Below, one piece after another: positions 21,403-31,256 of a stretch of DNA of 64,000 bases. The stretch spans positions 64,001 to 128,000 of the forward strand of contig JBEIPA010000010.1 of NCBI GenBank assembly GCA_040377305.1. Direction: 5' to 3'. Below the pieces are notes generated by a model. The model had not been told where the DNA came from. It did not search any database and saw nothing but the letters and a program-made list of their open reading frames with translations. Source of the stretch: Flavobacteriales bacterium. GTDB lineage: Bacteria; Bacteroidota; Bacteroidia; Palsa-965. A program made the position numbers and the translations under genes. The first letter of the stretch is position 1, and each line of letters begins with the position of its first letter.

Positions 21403-21705
21403 TCAGTGCTTCGTTCCTGGAATCGGAACCGATTGAATGATGCGAAATAACCCTTCGTTATTTGCAGATTCATATTTATACACTTTGCCGTTGGGGGCCT
21501 TAAATTTCAACTGTCTGCAAATTGCAGACAGTTCAACACCCTCACTTTCAAGTACTCTACGTTTTAGATCATACCAATAGTTCCTTGGCTTCGAGCTATC
21601 TGTCAAAAATTCAATCACATCCTGAACCACAAACCACCACTGGTCTTCATCTTCGTTCCATTTAGCCCGAACATTCGAGCCATCAAAAATCTTTAGCTCA
21701 CTCAT
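21403..21705 (-). pseudogene. Truncated BRO-N (phage antirepressor-like) protein
   Basis: VRAKWNEDEDQWWFVVQDVI...PRNYWYDLKRR...ICRQLKFKAPNGK...LFRIIQS resembles BRO-N family proteins, but the ORF stops shortly after IIQSVP. Confidence 0.7.
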
Positions 21706-21761
21706 ACATATAGTTTTAAAATATAAATCCTGACAATACGCGATATAAATGCCTGATCGAA

Positions 21762-21956
21762 TTATAGAATTCCCAGTTTCTGCAACAACGGATATTTCCT
21801 CTTCGGTTGCGGATCAACAGTCTCATTTGAAACCGTGCTCTTACCGAAAGTTTCGTAAGTAAGAATTGCATCGAGCGAACTGAGGTATTCCGCGTCTTCA
21901 ATCGTGTTGAGTTTTTCGCGGATACTTTCTTTGAGTTGGGTGGTGTAGAGATTCAT
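21762..21956 (-). CDS. Small hypothetical protein (64 aa)
   Basis: ATG ORF between the XRE gene and BRO-N gene; amphipathic helix LKESIREKLNTIEDAEYL. Confidence 0.5.
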   Translation of the reverse strand: MNLYTTQLKESIREKLNTIEDAEYLSSLDAILTYETFGKSTVSNETVDPQPKRKYPLLQKLGIL

Positions 21957-21975
21957 GGGTCTTCGCTTTTGTCAA

Positions 21976-21998
21976 CCTTCGACTCCGCTCAGTCTGAC
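21976..21998. repeat. REP-like palindromic element (intergenic)
   Basis: CCTTCGACTCCGCTCAGTCTGAC, a reverse-orientation relative of the copy at 22604. Confidence 0.7.
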
Positions 21999-22048
21999 AA
22001 AGGTTTCGATCGAAACACGTTGTCCTGATGAACGCAGCGCGGGTCTGA

Positions 22049-22837
22049 TTATTTATACTTCATTTTTCGTTCGAGATCGAGTAGACGCTGTTCAAGTTGC
22101 GAGAATTTTTCGCCCTTGTCATCCTGAGCAGTTTCGCGTGATGCAGGTGCAGGAAGCTCTCGCGTAATGCGCGATTCAGCCTTCCATACTTGTGCAATAT
22201 CTTCTGCTTTCACAGCATAAGCTTCGTACACGGTGTTATCCGACTTCAGCTCGTAAGAATCGTTACCGAGGAAAGTCACTCGTTTTGCAACGATGCTTCC
22301 GTCGTGCGTGACAACGATGTAAACATTTCCGCTCTTGATATCAGTGAGGGACTCAACATATGAGCCTACAATCATATCACCGGAAACAATTCCCGGCAGC
22401 ATACTATCTCCGCTGATTTCAAACGCACGAAATGTTTTTCCGCGATATCCGGGCAAACGAAAAGCTGGAAGGTTCGCAATGAATTCCGGATCCTGCTGAT
22501 GCTGTAAGTAACCAGCAGCCGCTTTCTTGTCGACCATCACAATGTTTTCTTCTTCGTCGGAACCAACTTGCACAACGAGTGGAAGTACGTTCCGGGACCG
22601 TTTGTCATCCTGAGCGGAGTCGAAGGAGACAAACATGGTTCCAACACCATCCATCAACCACATCGCTTCGACTTTGAATTCGTTTACGATGGACTTGTAT
22701 ACATCATAGGAGATTCCATTCTTTTCACCTTCAATTTGAGAGAGAGAAGTCTGTGTAATTCCTATGCGTTGTGCGAACTCTGTCTGATTAAGTCCGAGTT
22801 CTTTCCGTAGATTTTTAATGCGCTGAGCCAGTGTCAT
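22049..22837 (-). CDS. XRE-family HTH / peptidase S24 (LexA/CI-like) repressor
   Basis: HTH RIKNLRKELGLNQTEFAQRIGITQTSLSQIE; Ala-Gly cleavage site AAAG; catalytic GDSM and VAKRV. Confidence 0.92.
   Translation of the reverse strand: MTLAQRIKNLRKELGLNQTEFAQRIGITQTSLSQIEGEKNGISYDVYKSIVNEFKVEAMWLMDGVGTMFVSFDSAQDDKRSRNVLPLVVQVGSDEEENIVMVDKKAAAGYLQHQQDPEFIANLPAFRLPGYRGKTFRAFEISGDSMLPGIVSGDMIVGSYVESLTDIKSGNVYIVVTHDGSIVAKRVTFLGNDSYELKSDNTVYEAYAVKAEDIAQVWKAESRITRELPAPASRETAQDDKGEKFSQLEQRLLDLERKMKYK
22604..22627. repeat. REP-like element inside the XRE/S24 gene
   Basis: GTCATCCTGAGCGGAGTCGAAGGA, translated in frame as SFDSAQDD. Confidence 0.7.
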
Positions 22838-22917
22838 TTGGAATAATTTATAGGCAAATATAATAATTTTACTTGACTTTTATTAATCTAGACTATATTT
22901 TTGACAAATAATTAAAC

Positions 22918-23223
22918 ATGACAACGGCATTTATATCAGCATACTTAATAAATCAAAAACATCTGGAGGAATTGATTATGAACCAATTACGCACTAATGA
23001 AACGAAAAGAGTCGGTGATCTGATCAGTTCCGCACTCCTAAATGCTGTAGACCAAAACTACACACCTCCAAAACACAAGAACACATTTAAGATGAAAGTC
23101 GAGGGGGGTGACCCCGTAAGGTCAACGGAGCGCGTGCCGTACTCCTCCTCGCACCAATTCCTCGACTCCGCCCGGAATGACAAATCCCAAAACGGAAGCG
23201 ATATTAAAGTTGCAGCCGCTTAA
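22918..23223 (+). CDS. Hypothetical protein divergent from the repressor (start may be ATG at 22978)
   Basis: ORF follows a TATTTTTG box at about 22896 and is followed by a hairpin at 23316-23348. Confidence 0.5.
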   Translation: MTTAFISAYLINQKHLEELIMNQLRTNETKRVGDLISSALLNAVDQNYTPPKHKNTFKMKVEGGDPVRSTERVPYSSSHQFLDSARNDKSQNGSDIKVAAA

Positions 23224-23315
23224 CACGGTTTGAAGTTGTCGTGTAGTTCAGTTGCCTCCTGCTCTGCTCGATTTGTGTGAGTGATTTCCCATTTCACTTT
23301 GCGCTGTAACAATCT

Positions 23316-23350
23316 AATGTTCTGATCTCTCTTGAGGTCAGAACATTTTT
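23316..23350 (+). terminator. Hairpin terminator
   Basis: AATGTTCTGATCTC-TCTT-GAGGTCAGAACATTTTT. Confidence 0.65.
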
Positions 23351-23355
23351 GTTTT

Positions 23356-23379
23356 GTCATACTGAGCGTAGCCGAAGTA
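23356..23379. repeat. REP-like element (intergenic)
   Basis: GTCATACTGAGCGTAGCCGAAGTA, flanked by ACATTTTTGTTT/AAACAAAAATGT inverted arms. Confidence 0.65.
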
Positions 23380-23389
23380 AACAAAAATG

Positions 23390-23938
23390 TCAAGCTGGAA
23401 GCAATCTCGCTTTTCTCTTGCGCATTATCACGTGCAGAAAAAATAACTGAAGAATATTGATGGAGAAAAGGACAATGCAGATCGTCACTCCACTTCCGTA
23501 GTGAACAGTTAAGTCACTTGTAGCTCCGTCGCTGTTGCAGATAACACCGCTCACATACACGCTCATCCAATACGGAAAAAACAGAAGTAGCGCAGTTTGA
23601 AACCAGGTAATTCCGATCGCACGCACGCGATTCATTTCCGCAAAGCAGTTTACAACGCTGAGAAAAATTCCGATCAGGATGAATGCGAATTGCAACAACA
23701 TTCCAATCAGAATGGGCGTGAACGATAAATCTTTTCCGGTGATTGCTCCGCCGTAGATGTAAATATCAGGAACTTGGGGACCGTAGTAGGCAATTCCGAG
23801 TGGACCGATTTCCATCCAGACAATTGGAAGAAACAACAAGATGATTCCGCAGAAAGCTGAGAGCCCGGAAGCGATGCGAAATACAGTATGAGAAGTCAGG
23901 GTCATGCGTGCTGCTGTAAAACGCATACACGTTCTCAA
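23390..23938 (-). CDS. Hypothetical membrane protein (about 4 TM segments); true start probably at MTLTSH
   Basis: Four hydrophobic stretches and a basic C-terminus. Confidence 0.65.
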   Translation of the reverse strand: MRTCMRFTAARMTLTSHTVFRIASGLSAFCGIILLFLPIVWMEIGPLGIAYYGPQVPDIYIYGGAITGKDLSFTPILIGMLLQFAFILIGIFLSVVNCFAEMNRVRAIGITWFQTALLLFFPYWMSVYVSGVICNSDGATSDLTVHYGSGVTICIVLFSINILQLFFLHVIMRKRKARLLPA

Positions 23939-23995
23939 AATTGCACTGCCTGATTATGAAAAAAGATGAACCCTGAGAAATTTGAATTTGCCTAC

Positions 23996-26056
23996 CTACT
24001 TCGATACAATCTCAAAAACCGTTCTGCGGTTCATCGACCGTCCATCTTCGTTGCCGTTGTCTCCAATCGGTTGTGTTTCTCCGTGACCGTATGCGCCCGT
24101 GATTTGCGCTTTCGGAACTCCGAATTTTGTAGTCAACGCTTCGAACACTGCAAACGCACGTTCATTTGACAGATCCATATTGCGTGAATCATCGCCGACA
24201 TTATCTGTGTGACCATGAATCGCGATTTTCATTTTCGGATTCTGCTTGAGATAATTCGCGAATTCCTCTAACACGGACATCGATTCTGGAGCAAGCACTG
24301 CCGAGTTTGAACTAAAGTTGATATCGTTGATGCGATACATTGTGCCTTGCTCAACCGGTTTAATTTCCATTGGCTTCAATTCTGTTTTCGTTGGAGCGAA
24401 TGCAGTAGTACCGGAAATAACCTGTGATGTAAATGCTGCCCCGTCCTTCTTCACGGTAAGCACATAATCATCATTGTTCGTCACTTTAATTGCTGCTGCG
24501 TAACTACCGGTCGCAGTATCAACGACGGCCAGTGATTTCTCTTTGGTGCGTACATTTTTCAGTTCAACTGTCGCCGGACCTGTTGCCGGATTTCCAGCAG
24601 GATCCTTCACTACTCCGGTTACGATTACAACTTTCTCAGGTCGTGCTTCCTTGTAGAGCTCGAACTGAAATACATCGTAACCACCCACAAATCCGGGAAG
24701 CTGCGCATTCGAACAGAAGAAACCTGTTGCACCATCTGTGCTCACGAAGAAACCAACGTCATCGCCTTGTGTGTTGATTGGTTTTCCGAGATTGACCGGG
24801 CTCTTCCATCCACCGTTTGCTTTGGCATCGCCGCGTGCATAGAAAATATCATAACCTCCGATACCAGGATGTCCGTTCGAAGAGAAATACAAAGTCTGAC
24901 TATCGGAGTGAATGAACGGCGACTTCTCGTCATACTGCGTATTGATAGAATCACCAAGGTTTACCGGTGCGCCCCATTCTCCACTCAGCATCTTCTCTGT
25001 TTTGTAAATGTCGATGCCACCTTTTCCACCCGGACGATTGCTTGCGAAGTACAGCGTTTTTCCGTCCGCAGAAATACTCGGCTGAGAATCCCACCACACC
25101 GGATCATTCACGCGTTCGCCGAGACTGCGAATTTCAGTCCATGAATCGTCAACAAGATCTGAAGTGTATAAATCTGTATTGTTTCCTTCCGGACCTGGTT
25201 TAGTAATGGTATAAAACAAATGTTTGTTGTCGATGGTCATTGTTGCGCCACCTTCGTTCGGGTTCTTGTTGTATGGATCTGGCATTGAACTGCCTTTGTC
25301 GAATTGTCCGCCAGTTCCGCGCTGTGAACCCATGAACACTTCGGTTGTTTCATTCGTTCCCCACACACGATCCATCTGACTTACAGGAACACGACGAATG
25401 AAAAGCGCTTGTGTATTATCTGGTGTGATGATCGCGAGATATTCATCCTGCGCAGTTGAAATCCCCGGAACCGGAGAAGGTGCAAACGGATGTACGTTCT
25501 TGTCAATACTCTCGTAAAACTTCGCCCAGCGCAACATTTCCAAGGCATTTAACGAACGGAATTCATAATCCTTTCCGAGCTTGTTCGGATCATCTGTATC
25601 GAACTTGATGTATGATTCGAGATACGGAATACATCCCGCGAAATCTTCGTCCATATACAATTGCTGACCGAGCAAATAGTACGGTTCAGCGCTAATGGTA
25701 GGACAGCTCGTAATTGCCGTCTTCAGAAATTTCTTTGCCGCGGGATAAGATTCGGGATGATCGTCGGCATCTGCTTTTTTGATGTGCATGTTTGCCATCA
25801 ACAAATTAGCATCTGCCCAATCAGGTTCAAGGGTAAGTGCTTCGTTGAGAAAGCCCATGCGTTCGTTGAAGTCGTACTTCTTCTTGTCCTGGGCTTTTTC
25901 GTAAAGCTTGACAGCTTCCTTGTTGTCGGGCTCACCGCAACCACCACCTCCGGAAGAGGCCGGTGAATCTTCATCATCCTGCGCGTAAACACCAACGCTC
26001 AATACAGCGCAAGCGAGTACGGAAAGCAGTGTTTTATGTAAAAAAGAAAAGTTCAT
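23996..26056 (-). CDS. OmpA-family protein with TPR, PD40 beta-propeller and carboxypeptidase-regulatory-like domains (PorE-like architecture)
   Basis: PD40 motifs QPSISADGKTLYFASNRPGG and SPFIHSDSQTLYFSSNGHPG; OmpA C-terminus IHGHTDNVG...NMDLSNERA...NRRTVF. Confidence 0.92.
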   Translation of the reverse strand: MNFSFLHKTLLSVLACAVLSVGVYAQDDEDSPASSGGGGCGEPDNKEAVKLYEKAQDKKKYDFNERMGFLNEALTLEPDWADANLLMANMHIKKADADDHPESYPAAKKFLKTAITSCPTISAEPYYLLGQQLYMDEDFAGCIPYLESYIKFDTDDPNKLGKDYEFRSLNALEMLRWAKFYESIDKNVHPFAPSPVPGISTAQDEYLAIITPDNTQALFIRRVPVSQMDRVWGTNETTEVFMGSQRGTGGQFDKGSSMPDPYNKNPNEGGATMTIDNKHLFYTITKPGPEGNNTDLYTSDLVDDSWTEIRSLGERVNDPVWWDSQPSISADGKTLYFASNRPGGKGGIDIYKTEKMLSGEWGAPVNLGDSINTQYDEKSPFIHSDSQTLYFSSNGHPGIGGYDIFYARGDAKANGGWKSPVNLGKPINTQGDDVGFFVSTDGATGFFCSNAQLPGFVGGYDVFQFELYKEARPEKVVIVTGVVKDPAGNPATGPATVELKNVRTKEKSLAVVDTATGSYAAAIKVTNNDDYVLTVKKDGAAFTSQVISGTTAFAPTKTELKPMEIKPVEQGTMYRINDINFSSNSAVLAPESMSVLEEFANYLKQNPKMKIAIHGHTDNVGDDSRNMDLSNERAFAVFEALTTKFGVPKAQITGAYGHGETQPIGDNGNEDGRSMNRRTVFEIVSK

Positions 26057-26182
26057 AAGGCCTGGTTACAGTTGTATAACGAAAACTGTGCCGATTTGGT
26101 ACACCAACAAATGTGCTAATTTGCTAATAGGATAATGTGCTAACCAGCGTCAGACTTTCAACAATCACCAGTTATTCAGCAA

Positions 26183-26214
26183 ATCGCCGGTCTTTGCTCA
26201 ACAAAACCGGCGAT
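26183..26214. terminator. Hairpin, probable terminator of the AsmA-family gene
   Basis: ATCGCCGGT...ACCGGCGAT. Confidence 0.5.
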
Positions 26215-26251
26215 CTGTATTAGCACATTAGCACATTAACTCTTTAGCATA

Positions 26252-29071
26252 TTATTTACAGGTCGCGTCAACTTTCGACTGCGCCGCTGAAATCGAGTTC
26301 TTTTCTGCTGCGTCTGCGTTAGATTTAGCCGTCTTATTTGCGTCGTCCGCTTTCTTGCGCAATGCATCTGCCGCAGCTTTCTTGGCAGCTTTCTCTAAAG
26401 GATTCTTAAAGCTCTTCTCTACTTTATCGGCTTCTGCATAAGCTGCAGTCTTGGCATCATCAGCAAGTTTATATGCCGAAACTTTAGCATTCGCTGCATT
26501 GGTTTTCGCCGCATCAAGTTGCTTTCTAGCTTCTTCACATCCTTTGTCCGTCACAACCGTAACAACGCTGTCTTTAGCCTTATCAACAATCGCAGTTACC
26601 TGATCCTGGAGATTTACGCCCGCTTCTTTCAGGTTAACTGAAACTTTAGGATCTGTAACTGTGTTGGTAAAGAGAGCCTGAACGTTCACCATATCCCCAA
26701 GTGTAAATGGAATTCCTTTCGCCTGAACTCCGGAAACCATTCCGTTGAGCGCTGCGTTTGCCGGACCGAATTCAGTACGCGGAATAGAAATGTCCATAAC
26801 GTAATTGATTGTCTGATCGACTTTCGTAGTTCCACCCATTTTCCCTGCGGCTTTCCCAACGGTGAAATCAAAAGGCTCAGTTGTTACAGCACCATTTACA
26901 ATCTGGAAGCTCATTGCTTTGATATCCTGGAAAGTCACCTTGCTGAATTTATTCATCTTCAAAGCTTCGTCGAGCTTCTTCATTGCAGGAAAACCATCCA
27001 CGACTACAGATGAAGTGCTCAGAGTTCCACCCCCGTTCATCGTTTCAACAATTGGAGTCATATCCGGGCCAAGGTCACTCGTGTAATTCATCGAGGTCGA
27101 GAATCGTCCTGTTGTGTATTGTCCCACAGGAGCGATTGACTGCAACGTGTTGAACGTCTTGAATGTTTGCTGCACATCAAAGTTCGAAATGTCCATTTTG
27201 AAATTCACTTTCGGAACCATTACATTTTGTGTGCTGTAATAACCATTCACAACCATGTTCCCACCCATGAGATTCATCTTAAGGTTGGAAAGATCAACCA
27301 TGCTGTTTCGAACCGTTACTGTTCCTGAAACTGCATCCATGTTGATATCATCGTAAATCAATTTCGTGATTGTAGAGTTCAATACAAAGTCGATGTTGGC
27401 AGGAACCGGAATAACTTCCATTGCGGCTGAATCTTGTGCAGTTGGAGCTGCGCTTGATTCTTCTTCGCTGGCGAAAACATTCAGGTCCATCATTGCAGAA
27501 TTGAAATTGAATCTGCCGGTGAGCATGCTGTCTTTGAAGAGCCACTGCATCACATTTTCAACGCGACCATTTGCATGCACGTCGTTCTTGCCCAACATTG
27601 CGTCGAGTTTGCTGAGATCGACAAACTGCGGAGAAAAAGTCATGTTCATGGCAGAGACGTTCGTTGCATACGGATCTGCTTTGGCTTTGTACATCAAATT
27701 GCTCACGTCGAGTTTACCGGCACACTGGAACTCATCGTACTTCTCCTGTTCAATCTGAGACATGCGCCCTTTCATCTTCACGTCTGCATCAACAATTCCT
27801 GTGAGTTGGTCTTCTTTATCAAGCGGCATGATGTCTTTCACTGAAGCGAGATCAAGCTTGCCTTTCACCCAACCGTCGAGACTTGCATCTGAAACAGGAG
27901 TTGCAACATGAAGCGCAGCGTCGATCGGATTGCCTCCAAAGTCCATGTGGAATGTATTGATATCGATCTTCGTATCATCCGGAACTCCGGAAGCGTCATC
28001 AATTTTACAATCGATGTTGATTGCTGAAACCGCTTTCGGAACAGAAGGATACTGAAACATTCCGTCTTTGATCTGCAGGTTCAATCCGAAACCAGGAGAA
28101 GTTCCGAGAGCTTCGCTGTACTTTCCTTTGAGATAACCGTCGAATGCAAGTGTACCAGCAGTTTTTACATCTGCGAAATCAGCAGTATACGCTCCCGGAA
28201 TCAAAGACAGGAAGCTTTTGAACTCCGCTTGTTTAGCCGCAAACTTCATATCCATATCATAGTTGTCTCCCGGCATTGCGAAGAAACCATCCAGACCAAA
28301 TCCAAGTTCATTCAACGAAAATTCATTCTCTTTGAAAGTGAATTTCCAATTGATCATGTCCATAGCAAGATCCGCTTTCGCAGTCGTTTTCACGTTGATG
28401 AGATAAGGCACACCATCGTAATCGCAAGTAAAGCGTTCGATCGTAGTCATCGTTTCCATGTCGAACAAATCCTGCGTGAAATCGCCATTCAGAGTATGGG
28501 TGAAATCGTCGAGCGTAACTTTCATTGGCAAAGTCATGTCGTCGTAAACAATGTATGCATGATCTATTTCAAGACTCTTGAGCGACATTTTGAATGGTGT
28601 TGCGTCCGCGGTTGGTGCAGCTGCAGCTGTATCCGTTGATGGTTTCGCGATATCGTAGCTCGCAGTACCATCGGGAAGAACTTTCACGAAGATGCGTGCG
28701 TTCTCGAGTTCAATCGAATTGATTTCGTAGTTGTCGCCACTGATTACACTCATCAGATCAAGGTCCAGCTTTAATGCCGGAATAGAACATAGTGTATCAC
28801 CATCAAATTGCCCTTGCCCAACAACTTTCAGATCGCTGATTGAAAAGCGGAAATCGGGGAAACTGCTGAAGAGTGACAAATCGAAATCGCCGAACGTAAC
28901 GGTAGCGTTCACGTTGTTGTTGATTTCAGCTTTCGCCATCTCAACAATCTTTCCTTTGAAGAGGAAAGGCAGTGCAACAATGGTAATGATCAGAAGAAGA
29001 AGTGTGATTCCCGACCATTTCAGGATTCGACGTGCAAGGCTCTTTTTCTTTTTCGGTGTAGTGTCGCTCAT
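26252..29071 (-). CDS. AsmA-family protein
   Basis: N-terminal TM anchor, LSLFSSFPDF, beta-rich body, AsmA-like C-terminal region. Confidence 0.85.
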   Translation of the reverse strand: MSDTTPKKKKSLARRILKWSGITLLLLIITIVALPFLFKGKIVEMAKAEINNNVNATVTFGDFDLSLFSSFPDFRFSISDLKVVGQGQFDGDTLCSIPALKLDLDLMSVISGDNYEINSIELENARIFVKVLPDGTASYDIAKPSTDTAAAAPTADATPFKMSLKSLEIDHAYIVYDDMTLPMKVTLDDFTHTLNGDFTQDLFDMETMTTIERFTCDYDGVPYLINVKTTAKADLAMDMINWKFTFKENEFSLNELGFGLDGFFAMPGDNYDMDMKFAAKQAEFKSFLSLIPGAYTADFADVKTAGTLAFDGYLKGKYSEALGTSPGFGLNLQIKDGMFQYPSVPKAVSAINIDCKIDDASGVPDDTKIDINTFHMDFGGNPIDAALHVATPVSDASLDGWVKGKLDLASVKDIMPLDKEDQLTGIVDADVKMKGRMSQIEQEKYDEFQCAGKLDVSNLMYKAKADPYATNVSAMNMTFSPQFVDLSKLDAMLGKNDVHANGRVENVMQWLFKDSMLTGRFNFNSAMMDLNVFASEEESSAAPTAQDSAAMEVIPVPANIDFVLNSTITKLIYDDINMDAVSGTVTVRNSMVDLSNLKMNLMGGNMVVNGYYSTQNVMVPKVNFKMDISNFDVQQTFKTFNTLQSIAPVGQYTTGRFSTSMNYTSDLGPDMTPIVETMNGGGTLSTSSVVVDGFPAMKKLDEALKMNKFSKVTFQDIKAMSFQIVNGAVTTEPFDFTVGKAAGKMGGTTKVDQTINYVMDISIPRTEFGPANAALNGMVSGVQAKGIPFTLGDMVNVQALFTNTVTDPKVSVNLKEAGVNLQDQVTAIVDKAKDSVVTVVTDKGCEEARKQLDAAKTNAANAKVSAYKLADDAKTAAYAEADKVEKSFKNPLEKAAKKAAADALRKKADDANKTAKSNADAAEKNSISAAQSKVDATCK

Positions 29072-29238
29072 AGTTGTAAAATTGTATTCAAAGATCGCGT
29101 AAAAAGGTTTCCGGTTCCCTGTTTCCCGGTTTCCTGTTTAAAAGTTTTAACGTACGTATTTCAGGTTAGGAATCGACGAATAGATGGCACGATCGCCTTG
29201 TTTCCACAAGGGATGCACTGAAAATCGGGAACAGGGAA

Positions 29239-30321
29239 CTATTGAGAAGATTGGTGACGAAGCAGATGATCAGCTATCACCATTGCAGCCATAGCTTCCA
29301 CAACCGCAACCGCACGCGGAACAACACAAGGATCGTGGCGTCCTTTGCCCATCATTTCAACAGGCTGACCTTTTTTATTGACGGTCATTTGTTTCTGAAT
29401 GATTGTAGCTACAGGTTTGAATGCAACACGGAAATAAATGTCTTCGCCGTTGGAGATTCCGCCTTGTATTCCGCCAGAATGATTGGTGCGGGTGGCAACT
29501 TTTCTGTCGTTTTCAGCAGGAACAAATGCATCATTATGCGTTGATCCATTCATTCCCGGAGCATCAAAGCCACTTCCGTAGTCGAAGCCTTTAACTGCGT
29601 TGATACTGAGCATTCCTTTGCCAAGATCGGCATGTAATTTGTCGAAAACGGGTTCGCCCAATCCCGGTTTTACACCCTGGATGAGAGCACTAACGACTCC
29701 GCCTACAGTATCTCCGTCTTTGCGCGTCGATTCGATTAAGGAAATCATTTCTTTCGCTGCAACGGGATCAGGACAACGTACCATGTTGCCTTCCGTCAGC
29801 GATAAATTCAGCATGCGGTAATCTTTCGAAATGGAAATTGTTCCAACCTGAGAAACCCAGGCCTGAATTTTCACGTTGTGTTTGGCAAGAATCATTTTGG
29901 CAATGGCTCCACCAACAACACGACAAGCTGTTTCACGTGCAGATGACCTTCCTCCTCCACGATGATCGCGAAAACCGTATTTGACATCGTAAGTATAGTC
30001 GGCGTGGGAAGGACGATATACTTCCTTCAATGCATCGTAATCCGAAGAGCGTTGGTCGCTGTTGCGAATGATAAATCCGATTGGTGCCCCAGTCGTTTTG
30101 TTCTCGAATATTCCGGAGAGAAATTCTACTTCGTCGGCTTCTTTTCGCTGTGTTACGATCTTCGATTGACCGGGTTTTCGTCGACGCATATCATCGCGCA
30201 CAAGCTCGAAGTCGAAATCAATTCCTGCAGGACAACCGTCTACCACGCCTCCAATAGCCACGCCATGCGATTCGCCAAAAGTGGTTAAGCGGAAGAGGGT
30301 TCCAAAGGAGTTGCCGGCCAT
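29239..30321 (-). CDS. aroC: Chorismate synthase
   Basis: [42 protein letters not shown]. Confidence 0.98.
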   Translation of the reverse strand: MAGNSFGTLFRLTTFGESHGVAIGGVVDGCPAGIDFDFELVRDDMRRRKPGQSKIVTQRKEADEVEFLSGIFENKTTGAPIGFIIRNSDQRSSDYDALKEVYRPSHADYTYDVKYGFRDHRGGGRSSARETACRVVGGAIAKMILAKHNVKIQAWVSQVGTISISKDYRMLNLSLTEGNMVRCPDPVAAKEMISLIESTRKDGDTVGGVVSALIQGVKPGLGEPVFDKLHADLGKGMLSINAVKGFDYGSGFDAPGMNGSTHNDAFVPAENDRKVATRTNHSGGIQGGISNGEDIYFRVAFKPVATIIQKQMTVNKKGQPVEMMGKGRHDPCVVPRAVAVVEAMAAMVIADHLLRHQSSQ

Positions 30322-30415
30322 GAGTCAAAAGTAGTAAATAGGCGATAGTAAATAGGCGATAGTGGATCGACACTCCACTATTGCCTATCGCCTATGGTCT
30401 ATTGCCTACTACCGG

Positions 30416-31252
30416 CTAACGCCAATGACGACGATAAACGCCATTCGCTGCAGCAAAAATGCCAAGCCCGTTGTTTACGTTCGTGTAAATCAACGTTGGT
30501 TCAGCGAAAGGATTGTCTCCCGAGTAATTCTCAATTGACTTGTGGAAGGAATAATAATCGTAATTCCCGTGCATCAGGTAAACATCAATCGCTAGTATCG
30601 AATCTCCATTGTACACATAGTAATACGAAGTGAAGTTTCTGCTGATTCTAGTACCGTCGGCATTATCATCGGTGTATAATTCCCATCCTACCCGCTGGAA
30701 ACTTGTGTCAATGCTCCACTGCGCATACGACACATGGTACGGAACGAAGCGATAAAAATCCTGTTGACCTGCCGGATCATCGAATGAATAGGTGATGCGC
30801 GCTTGTCCCTCATAACCCGACGGATCCTGATTGGTAATAGTGTCATTCATTGTGCTCGTAAAATTTACCGGAGCACTGGGAACGATTGTGTACGCATCAG
30901 CATTCAATCCAGACGGAATGCTAACTACAATGTGATATTCATTACCTCCCAGAATGGGAAAAGTACTTGCCGCTGCTTCATAACTGTCAGTGTTTGCATT
31001 GTATGTGAGCAAAACTGAGGAGCTGTTGCCATACAGTGTAACTGTTGCGTCTGTAAGAGGACCATTATTTATTGTTGATCCAAATACGGGTTGACTCAAG
31101 GAAATCTTCGCGCGAATAATAGAATCCTGAGGGGTGATGAAACAATTAATCACCAATTCAGGATCAACTTCAGGAACATCAACGTTTGCATCTTGTTCAC
31201 AGGCAGTGAAAGCGAGAAAAAACAGCGGAAGGAAATAGAGTATCTTCTTCAT
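30416..31252 (-). CDS. DUF4249-family lipoprotein
   Basis: Lipobox FTAC; C-terminal NPFAEPTLIYTNVNNGLGIF; follows a TonB-dependent receptor. Confidence 0.85.
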   Translation of the reverse strand: MKKILYFLPLFFLAFTACEQDANVDVPEVDPELVINCFITPQDSIIRAKISLSQPVFGSTINNGPLTDATVTLYGNSSSVLLTYNANTDSYEAAASTFPILGGNEYHIVVSIPSGLNADAYTIVPSAPVNFTSTMNDTITNQDPSGYEGQARITYSFDDPAGQQDFYRFVPYHVSYAQWSIDTSFQRVGWELYTDDNADGTRISRNFTSYYYVYNGDSILAIDVYLMHGNYDYYSFHKSIENYSGDNPFAEPTLIYTNVNNGLGIFAAANGVYRRHWR

Positions 31253-31256
31253 CGCG

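Noticed and set aside
21403-23223. Intact prophage
   Set aside because: No structural, replication, terminase or integrase genes nearby.
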